From the human T2T-CHM13v2.0 reference genome, Homo sapiens, in assembly GCF_009914755.1 (NCBI RefSeq), contig NC_060941.1: a DNA stretch of 64,000 bases; one strand, written 5' to 3'. Under the pieces are notes generated by a model. That model made no database searches, was not told the origin of the DNA, and worked only from the letters and a program-made list of their open reading frames with translations. The translations under genes were made by a program, and so were the position numbers. Positions 48,711 to 64,000 of this stretch are shown here, one piece after another (within the stretch, counting starts at the first letter, position 1; each line of letters starts with the position of its first letter).

Positions 48711-50490
48711 TAAACAGAATAAACATAGAATTGAATGCAGGAAATTGGTTACATAGGGGATGAAAGGATGGAGAAGTTCTTCAGACAATGGGGGAAGTAA
48801 CCAGGAATCCAGCTGCGACCCCTGGGTTGGAGGGACTGGACTGGGGCAGTGTAATCAAAGGCTGGGACTGGGGTCACTTGGAAGAAGTTGAAACCATAGA
48901 GAAGACACAACCACTTCCACAGATACCACTAAGACTGAGAGGGATGGGGAGAAATCCCTGCATTCTCCTTCCCTTCTACCTTTGGGTTTCCTGCCAGAGC
49001 CTCTTACTGGCCTGGGAGCCTAGAGGGGTCAGTCACTTGCAATGCAGAGCAGAGCAGGTGAGGGCTGGATGGGGGAGCACACAGCCCGGGACCAGCGCAG
49101 GGATTCCTTCTACCCTCCACATCTATCGTTACCATGTCCATCTCCCCTGTTGAGGCCAGGCCTCATGACTCATTCATCTCTCTCCGGCACCAGGGCCTAG
49201 TCAAGTGCCTGGCACCAAATAGGTGCTCAACTACTGTTTGTTGAATGATTCAATACAGCCAGTAGTGGATGAGGACTCCAAGGGAGAGAGTGTAGAGAAA
49301 TGAGGGGCTTAGGCCTGAAACTTGGAGGGTCTCAATTGTTAAGAATTGGAGAGGGAGGCCAGGTGCAGTGGCTCATGCCTGTAATCCCAACACTTTGGGA
49401 GGCCAAGGCGGGCAGATCACTTGAGGTCAGGAGTTTGGGATCAGCCTGGCCAACATGGAGAAACCCCGTCTCTACTAAAAATACAAAAATTAGCCAGGCG
49501 TGGTGGCTGACGTGTGTAATCCCAGCTACTCAGGAGGCTGAGGCAGGAGAATCGCTTGACCTGGGAGGTGGAGGTTGAGGCTGCAGAGGTTGGGAGCCGC
49601 AGGAGAAGAGAGGATTCTGGAAGAAGAAGAGGAGCGCCAGCTTTGGACATAGTGTATCTGGGCTGCCCTGGCTCTCTCAATTGTCCTCTCTTTGCTGTTG
49701 ACTGCCAGATTAACACCTTCAGTTCTGACCGTGATCCTGGGCTCCAAACCAGAGTTTCCAGGGGCCCATAGAGTATTTCCACCTTCTAGCCATCTGGCAT
49801 CTCCAGCTTTGCACTGTTCCCCAAACCTGTTCCTTGGCCACCCCTCTCTGTTAATGACCTCACCGCCAACCCCGGGAGTCTCCATCACCCGCCTCTTCTT
49901 GCTGTCTCATGCCAAGCCATGTTGATGCTCTCTCCATTATACCTCTGTCTGTGGCTTCCCTTTGTCTCCCCTTTCTGATGATGCCCTTGTAGTATGTCAG
50001 CCTTTCCTCTTGCTTCCTGTCATTTATATTCCAATCCCTCCTACACTGTCTGTCACTCCCTTGCCCAAAACTTTCAATGGCTCCCCATTGCCTACTGATG
50101 AAGTACAAGCTTGTTATCTGGCTCACAAGGGCCTCACAGTCTAGCCCCAACTCACCTCTTTTGGTCTTACTTTTCACAGCTTCCCTGTGGGCACCCTCTG
50201 TACTACTTACCATTGACCCAAACCACCTGTCTGTACATCCTGACCCAAGGCTGCCCTGTGGACTGAAATGCACCCCTCTGCCTCTGCCTGTCAAATCATA
50301 CCCATCCATCAAGTTCCTGATGAAACGCCTCCTCTCCAAGCACCACTTAGCCCAGCTATGTATCTGCCTACTTTATCTCTCTTAACAGACAGTATGCACC
50401 TTGATGGCAGCTTGTAATCACCAAATGGTGAGTTGGTATTTGGTAAATGTATGTTGACCTGAAGTGGCTCCAAAACCATTCTTCAGATCA

Positions 50491-50860
<370 letters not shown>

Positions 50861-50997
50861 CTAACCTTACTCCCCCACTGTTGCCTCCAAATATGTCTCA
50901 TGTTCAGTTTCAACCCTTCAGTAGAAGCGTGAAAGATATAAACATGAAAAAAGGCATTACTGCCCTCCAGAAGTATGCATTCTCCTAGGGTGGATTA

Positions 50998-51835
<838 letters not shown>

Positions 51836-51999
51836 GTTAAGAGTTGTAAAATTTAGCCAGCTTGAGAATTCCCAACAGCGAAAAGTAGCCCCAGGATGAA
51901 ATTACACTGCGGCAAAAGCCTTAAATGTAATAAGCTGGCCAGGTGCAGTGGCTCACACCTGTAATCCCAGCACTTTGGGAGGCCGAGGCGGGCGGATCA

Positions 52000-52176
<177 letters not shown>

Positions 52177-52752
52177 CTACTACACTCCAGCCTGGGCGAC
52201 AGAGTGAGACTCCATCTCAAAAAAAAAAATGTAATAAGCTTATGCTCATTAGGGATTGTGTAACACATGGAAACAGTAAAGAAGGTCTGTAGCCTACATG
52301 AGTAGAGAGAGCTACTCCTGTTTTCTGAGAAAGGGAATCTCACCTGGGAAAGCTGTGGAAGGAGATGAGTGACTTCATGGGCTAGAGAGGATGCCGGAAA
52401 TGTCAGTCAAGGATTACGTGACTCCTTGTGCTAATCACAAGAAGTCTTGATCAGGACCAAGATATATTTCACCCGATTCAGATAAAGGATGCTCAAATTA
52501 GGTAGAGGGAAAACCCAGGTGTTAAGATGCAGAGATTAGAGCAGATGTCTGTCTGTAGAGACAAGAATGCTTTCACGCAATCCGTGCCATCTGGACAGAG
52601 CTTTACTATAAATCACAGTTCCCCAAAGGGAGGCATGTGGTTCCCGAGGGGTGCACTAGATGATGTGTGGTGGCCCACAGCTCTAAGAAACATTGGATCT
52701 CATGCTGAGCTAGTTATTCTCTAATTCTTTTTTAGATTTGTCTATTTCTTGA

Positions 52753-53261
<509 letters not shown>

Positions 53262-54322
53262 GAAGCAATCATTCTTACCAGTTCCTTGTGTATTTTTCCA
53301 GATGTACTTCAGCATGTGCAAACGATACATTCCTATAGCCTCTTTCTAAAAAGTTAATGGAAGCATACTATCCACAACTGCCCTGTACCTTGCCTATCTC
53401 ACTTATCAGTGGGTTCCACATCATACATATAGAACTGCCTCCTTCTTTTATAAAGACTCATGCTATTCAACTGTATGACTGGTATATAATTTACCCAGTT
53501 CACTGTTGATAGACTTGTTTCCAACCATTTCCAACCATTATAAGAATTGTTGCAATAAATATCCTTATATGTATTTCATTTTGCATATTAGTTAATCCAT
53601 GCGTTCCACAAATATTTTCCGAACACCTACTATGCACCAGGTCAGGTCTAGGCACCAGAGGCAGAGCAGTGAACACAATAGATGGAGTCCCTGCATCATG
53701 GAGCTGCCATTCTGTAGTGGAGAATAGCCATAGGATTAACTACTAGAAGTGGGTCACACTTTCAATTCTTCTAATTAAGTCAAGTAGAAAGTCTCACTTT
53801 GGTGCCAATGTGTCTTTTTTTTTTTTTTTTTTTTTTTTTTTTGAGACTGAGTCTCGCTCTGTTGTCCAGGCTGGAGTGCAGTGGTGCAATCTCGGCTCAC
53901 TACAACCTCCACCTTCCCGGGTTCAAGTGATTTTCCTGCCTCTGCCTCCCGAGTAGCTGGGATTACAGGTGTGTGTGCCACCAAGCCCAGCTAATTTTTG
54001 TATTTTTGGTAGAGATGGGGTTTCACCATTTTGGACAGGCTGGTCTCGAACTCCTGACCTCAAGTGATCCACCGGCCTCGGCCTCCCAAAGTACTGGGAT
54101 TACAGGCATGAGCCACCGCACCTCGCTGAGTGCCGATATGTCTTTAATGTATCTCTCTCTGACACTTGTAAATTTCTTTAAGACAGAAAGTGCTGGCCTT
54201 AGGTTTAGAGTGTATGACAGACCACAGAGCCTAGCTAGAGTTGAATAACAATGTTTGGTTGTTACTGGATTTATTTCTATATAGCAAATGTTATTGATTT
54301 TCCATCTATAGTCAAAATATGA

Positions 54323-54729
<407 letters not shown>

Positions 54730-54979
54730 TAAGTAAATTAATAACATAGGTGGAATTCAGATGTGGAAAAAACCCACAAAGGTGATAGTCAAATGAGTGA
54801 GGTTAGGAAATCATCAAATTAAACAAAGCAAGGAGAAAAGGCTAGGCTTATTATATTGTATTTTATGTTTATTTTTGTATCTTCACTCATCTTTCATGTT
54901 GAAACATTCTCACCTCCATAATTCTTCCTAGGCAGCTGATTTGCTTATCATTTATTATTGTTTACTACTTATTTGGTGA

Positions 54980-55147
<168 letters not shown>

Positions 55148-56031
55148 TGAGACTCCCGAGTAGCTGGGATTACAGGTGCATGCCACCAAGCCTTGCTAAT
55201 TTTTGTATTTTTAGTAGAGATGGGGTTTCGCCATGTTGACCAGGCTAGTCTCGAACTCCTAACCTTGTGATCCGTCCGCCTTGGGCTCCCAAAGTGTTGG
55301 GATTACAGGCGTGAGCCACCGCGCCGGGCGCTTTGTTTTGCTTTCATGAACTGTCACCAATTTGCATTCTCTTAGAAGATCTCTTTCACTTTGAATCCCC
55401 CAAAGGCCCCGCTCTCTTTGTCATTGCTGGCTCTGGAGGGGGTTGGAGATGCTCCTGCTGGGGACCTTGATGCAACACCCTTAGTCAGATTTTCGTAATC
55501 TGGCTGAGGCTTGCCCTGTAATTCTCTAAAAATATAATATGATGAAACAACCAAGACCAAGTAAGCCTTCGAGGAGATCTCAAAGCCAGAAGCTTCTGAA
55601 CAGTGCCCATAACCACAAGTGGGGCTGTAATCACCCACAACTTGTTAGCTAAAGACACAAACAATTAGCTTGGTGGTTGGAAAGGTAAACAAGGGGCATT
55701 TCACAAATGTGTTCTTTAGGTCAAGTAGGTGGTAGTAAGTCTCTAGCTGTGGTTGTTGGCTTTCTCTGCGGCACAGGTCGGAGAGTGGGTGATACCTCTG
55801 GGCCCTGGGCAGAGTACATTTGAGGTGGGCAGTAAGAGGGACCGCAGCTGAATGGAGAGGGAGTAGGTGGGAGCACGCAGGGCTCCAAGGCAACTGAAGG
55901 AGCACCTGGGAGCCTGAGAAATAAGAGACAACAAAAAGTAAGGCCATCCATTAGAGGGCAAGTCCTTGAGTTTTGAAATCTAGTGGAGCTCTCAATTAAT
56001 GACTGAGGACCTACCATGTACCAGGCCCTGA

Positions 56032-56256
<225 letters not shown>

Positions 56257-56364
56257 TGAACTCCTGACCTCATGATCTGCCCGCCTCAGCCTCCCAAAGG
56301 GCTGGGATTACAGGCATGAGCCACCTTGCCCGGCCTGACTTAAACATTTTTATAAGTACCAGCT

Positions 56365-57312
<948 letters not shown>

Positions 57313-57466
57313 ACTAATGCATTTACTTTTTCCAAGGAGCCCAGTGAGGCAGGTTTTCTTATATCCCCATTTTGCAAATGAGGAAATTGAGGTACAGAGT
57401 ACTTACCCAAGGGCACTAAGCTAGAAATTGGCAAAGTCAGCCAGACATGGTGCCTCGCACCTGTTA

Positions 57467-57901
<435 letters not shown>

Positions 57902-60409
57902 TCAAGATTCCAACCCAGTCAGTCTATACAGATGGGCAGTTGAGTTGGTGACTATCACTTATTAGATATGTGATCTTGGTGATAATTAACCTCTCTGAGC
58001 CTGAGGTACTGTCATTTGACCAACCCATTGTCATCCCCTAGGTTAGGCAGGACTCGACTTTCTCCCTTGTACCCAGCTCTCACTGATGGGGCATCATCTG
58101 TGCTCCCTTAGAACCTTCTTTTTTTCTCTGCTCACCTGACACTTTATCCCACACTACATGGCATTAATTGTCTCCATCAGACTGTGTGCACCCCATGAGG
58201 ACAGACACCACATCTATCTTGATTACATTTGTGCCATCAGTGTCTGCAGCAGGTCTTCAAACGTCTTTGCTGAAGAAATAAGTGAAGAAATAAATGGATA
58301 GACATTTTGCAAGAAGGCAGGACACAGTCCATCCTACCTAGGGCTCTTCTCTGTGGCTCGAGGGAGAGGAGTGGCAGTGGGGGAGTGGAAAGGGGATAAA
58401 GTGATCCTGCTCCCAAATGGCACTTACATACACTTGCCCAAGCCTGCTGCGTCATCCTAATTACGGGACAAATTCTTGCCTGGAGTCTCCTCCACTCAAT
58501 GTTCCCATTACTTGGCACTCAGACGCTTGAGTTAGCAGCCCCTCCAGGTATACCTTCATTCTTCTAGAAACTTCTGTATCCTCTGTGCACTAGAGGTCCA
58601 CGTAGTACATATAGAGCTGCCTTATTCCTTGCAAAGACTGCATACTACCCCATTGTATAATTGGCATATAATTTGCAGATGGCGGGCTCTGCTTTTTCCC
58701 TTCATATCCTGGGCTATGTGATGAGTTACTGGCATCCACCCCCACTACCCTTTTGTAAGGCAGTTAAATCTTTTTATGTCATCACCTACAGAAAGGGTCC
58801 AGGGACAAAAGAGTGGCCCACACCACTTGGGGCCCAATTAATGACTACACTTGTGGAGGCTGGGGACTCTGGCAGGTGGGAGCGGTTAGATAGAGGCTCT
58901 CCTTAGGGCCTCGCAGCTTCCTCTTTTGCTATCTATACGGTCCTTTCCAGCGGTGACCTTCTAGGAGTCTCAGAAGCCCCAAGAAGGGAGAAGTGTAATT
59001 GTGGGGGAGGGAGGGAGCAGTGCAGAGACAACCAGCCAGGGTTCTGCCTGGAAGGTCAGGGGGCTGAGCTCTGGCACCAGAGACCTTTAAGAAGCAAAAA
59101 GGAACTGAGAAAGCAGCCAGGAGTCTGCTCAGCCTGGAGTTCCTGGAATTCTGCTTTGTGGGTGAGCTTCCTGTGGCAGCCAAGGCCCCTTCTGACTAAC
59201 AGGAGATGAGAATGGGAGGTGAGGAGGGTGGGTAGAGAGGTGGCTGGGCCTGCCAGCTCTCCTGGGCACTGCCAGCTCCCCAAACTGGCTCCAGATTTCC
59301 TCCAGGAACTGAGCTGAGATTCCTGGGAATCTCACCCACTTGGGTGACTTGCTGCCTGCCTGCTGAGCAGAGGTTGGGCAAGTCTACAAGTCAGGTTCTC
59401 TTCCCACCCAGCATCAAGCTGTCTGCCCACTTGGTCTGGAGTAGGCAACAAAACCAAGGCCATGATCTCTGGAAAGCCATCTCTAAAACATGAACTTTAC
59501 ATAGGAGGGAACAACTGGCCCCACAGCCATTTTTATTAATATGATTAGGTGGTTGCCACCTTGGAAAGCACTGTGAGCCTGGCCTGGGCTGCAGGACTGA
59601 TGAATTTCAGTAGAAGGGAGGAGAAGAAGGAATCAGGAGCAGGAGGCGGGAGCCAGGGAACACCAGCAGGGGTGGGATTCTTACCGACTTGGGGTTGGAA
59701 CCACTCCTGAGGTTGCAGACAAATCCAGGGATCCCATTTCCTCCCTCCACCCACTGTCAGTGCAGGTGAAATCTTGCTAAAATAAAAATCAAGGGTAGCC
59801 TTGGCATACTGTTGACTTCTCATACTATGTCATAATTGTTGTTCGCACACGTGCCTCCCCTTCTAAACTGTGAGGTTCTGGAGGATGGAGGCCTGGGTTG
59901 GATTCACCTCTGGACACCAGCCTCCTGCACTGGGCTTGGCACATGGAAAGGGCTCAATAGATATTACATGAATGAGTGAAGGAGCCTGACTGAGCCCTCC
60001 CCATATGCCAGGCCCACCAAGGGGGAGCTACAAGCAAGGGCAGTTGATTGGGATGGAGGTGTGGACGCACCTGTCTGGCAGCTGCTTGCTTTGTTTTCAC
60101 TGCTTATAGCTTCCTCCTCCTCCTCCTCTCCCTGGAGCTGCCCTGGTCTCTAAATGCTTAGATAAGGTGGTTTATTCATCCATTCAACAAATGTTTATTG
60201 AGCACCTGCTGTGACAGGCCCTGGGTTCTGCATGATTGGGAATGAAACCTACACATTTCCTGCCTCCTCCAGCTCCTAGTCTAGTGTCATTAAATAAGTA
60301 ATTACAGTGAGTAGTAACAAACACTGTGACTTGGTAGGTCTCATAGAGCTAGGGTGATGGTATAACTTGTTATCCTAACTGGGACACCTTTTGGGAGTAA
60401 AAGTGATGG

Positions 60410-60820
60410 TTGCCGGTTGAGTTCCCCAGGAAGCAGATTCTGAAATGGAGATTAGTGTGCAGAAAGTTGATTAGGAGGCCGTGAGGATCAACACCTGTGA
60501 AAAGGAAGGGACCAAAGCAAGATTGAGCAGAGGGAGATGTTGGGATGTGATGGAGTCTCAACGAAGGCCTCAGCCAATCCCACAGGGCACCTTCGGCTGA
60601 GATGGCCCTTCAGCTTCATCTCCAGTTGGAGTGAGGAGGCCTGGCCTTCATACCATTATGTTGATAAGTCACTGGATACTGGCTACCTCTGGAAGGAGGT
60701 ATGACCTTGGGCGAGGCTGTTCTCAGTTGAGACAGTCTTCAAAGAAGGCTGACAGCTGAAGGCATCTTCCCATTGCCAATAGCCAAGGATTTGGGTGGCA
60801 CTTCCCAGCATCTGCCACAG
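60410..60820. mobile_element. ERVL LTR (LTR16-like)
   Basis: gttccccaggaagcagattctgaaatggagattagtgtgcag... resembles the LTR16 family by eye. Confidence 0.45.
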
Positions 60821-60852
60821 AAGCACTGTTGATAATTATGTCCAGATAATAG

Positions 60853-61420
<568 letters not shown>

Positions 61421-62980
61421 TAATTTGTGGTGAGGTGGGTGTCATTATTATTCTCACCCCATGGATCCAAACTATCAGGCAGTCCTTTCCCTATTACTTC
61501 CAAAACAGAGCCCAACCATTCCCTTTCTCTGTCTTCAACACCTCCGTCTTGGTGCAAACCACCACCATCTCTCCCCTAACTGCTGACATTGTTTTGATTT
61601 TGAGCCCAGGTAGCCAACAGCATGGATCTGCTGAGAAGGCAGATGACAGCAGTAAAACAACAGCAGAAACAGACCACGGACAGAGGCCCAGGTAGAGCAC
61701 GTACACTGAGAAAACTCCAGGAAAGCCAAAAGCATGGTATCTGAACCGAGAGATAAGCACATGAGCTGAAAGCTCAGGATATTCCCTCTTCAGAACAAAA
61801 TTGAGAGCAGGGGAGCACAGGGGTTAACAGCATGGCTTCTGGGCCAGAGCGCCTGGGTTTCTGTAACCTTGGACCAGCTTCTTGATGTCTCTATGCCTCA
61901 GTTTCCTTGTCTGTAAAACAGGGGTGATGATAATAGAACCATCATAAGGGGTTTTAGGTGAAGTAATCAGTCACCATGGGTAAGGTATTTAGAGCAGTGC
62001 TCTGCCAGGGTTAGCTGCAGGTATTACCCTGGGAGCTACCATCTTGGTCCACATTCAGTGTGGCCAATGTGGCTGTTAGCACTCCTTGTCTGCTCCCATC
62101 TCCAACACCTTACCCCCATGTGGAGTCATTTATTCATTCAACAAGTATTTCTTGAGCGCCTACTCACGTATCAGGCATTGAACTCTTGTGTTATTTTCCT
62201 ATATCCCAAAAGTCACTGAGCTGAAGGGCAGGCTGACCTAGGCTTGCTTTCTGCTGCACAGGGGAGGCTCCATTCCCCATCATTTCTTGTTCATGCTCAA
62301 GGTCATCCAGATGAAAAGCCAGCTTCTGTGTGGCTCAGCTGCCTATTGTTCTCCCTTTTGGATCTCTGTCTGCTGGGTCTGAGTCCTTGGGCTTAGAGTG
62401 AGCATGAGAATGACCCTTAGGCCCTGCTTTCAGACCCCAGAGGGCTCAGCGGGAAAGGAGGCTGAGCGGTTTACTTGGGCCCTTTGCAGGGTGGGGCCCT
62501 GCCCTGTCTCGTGGGTGCCTCCTCCACATGGATCCTCCCTTGGCCATGGCCTCGTGTACTCCTGGCCTGAGTCTCCTTTTTCTGGGTGGCCGCTCTCCAT
62601 CTCAGGAAAGGGCCTGGAAGGGATGAGGGAGGAGTTCACAGGAGAGAGAAGAGGGCAGAGGCAAGTGGAAGAAAAGAGAGAGGCCAAGTCAGGCAAGAGG
62701 GGTTGAGAGGGAGGAGGAGGAGAGGATGCTGATGATGACATCTGACATGATTGATTAATGCATGCCTTAATTCCTAGGAGGTCAGAGCTGTTATTATCCC
62801 CACTCTACGGTGGAGGCTGAGGCAAAGTGGGCTATGAAACTTGCCCAAAGCCTTGGAGCTGGTAACTGGCAGAGCTAGAATTTGAACTTGAATAGTTTGA
62901 CTCCGCCACCCCAGAAGGGTGCAGAATTCTCAAAAGACATCCCAAGGTGTGCAATGAATCGTGTTGAATGGACGGTGGGT

Positions 62981-63025
62981 TGTGTGTGTGTGTGTGTGTG
63001 TGTATGTGTGTGTGTGTGTGTGTGT
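62981..63025. repeat. (TG)n microsatellite followed by G runs
   Basis: About 22 units with one interruption. Confidence 0.92.
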
Positions 63026-63090
63026 TGGGGGGGCGGGGGGAGGCTGAAGGCTGTGAGTTGGCTCTTTTTTTTTCTTAAGAGTCAGTGTCA

Positions 63091-63584
<494 letters not shown>

Positions 63585-64000
63585 TAGTAACATCTCATGT
63601 ACTCGGGTCAGGATCCTATGATCCTCCCACCAGAGGGAAACCTATATTCACCAGGTTCTGAGACAGCACTGTCCACAGCAGCAGTGTGAGGAGGGAGGTG
63701 GCTGTGGTGTGGGCACAGGCCTGATATCGGTCATTTCCTATCCCTGTGATCATAGGTGAGGCATTTAGCCTCATTTTCCTAAGTCACAAAATAGAAATAA
63801 GAAGTCGATCCTCATAAGGCCATGTGAAGCTGAAACTGCACAGGGGGAGGGCCTGGCACAGGGCGGGGGTGCGGTAAACGGGCGCAGTTGTGATTCCTGC
63901 AGCTCCCGTCACCAGCCTCACTGCTCGGTGGCTGGCAGAGCCCTTCCCACCCCACTCTCAGTCTGGCCTAGGTCCCCGGAGCAGGTAGGCAGGCACTTGC

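Overview
Human genomic DNA carrying the 5' half of MAP3K14 (NIK, NF-kB-inducing kinase; chr17q21.31) on the minus strand. It contains non-coding exon 1 in a CpG-island promoter (~42.1-43.5 kb), a ~26 kb intron 1, coding exons 2-7 and the start of exon 8 (codons 1 to ~487), all with GT-AG junctions and a continuous frame, plus ~21 kb of upstream sequence. The rest is mostly transposon relics (about 55 Alu copies or fragments, plus L1, L2, MIR, LTRs and DNA transposons), a 3'-truncated 5S rRNA retropseudogene and microsatellites. Nearly all ORFs in the track are Alu or GC-rich artefacts. I see no new gene system. The best leads are: an out-of-frame upstream AUG that is the first AUG of the spliced mRNA, with Kozak strength set by tandem exon-1 donors; a local Alu gene-conversion tract carrying a foreign spacer; possible recursive splicing or intronic polyadenylation next to the TRAF3-binding exon; and an AP-1 cluster beside a sense-oriented THE1 LTR upstream of the promoter. 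Repeat subfamily names and boundaries were called by eye and are approximate.
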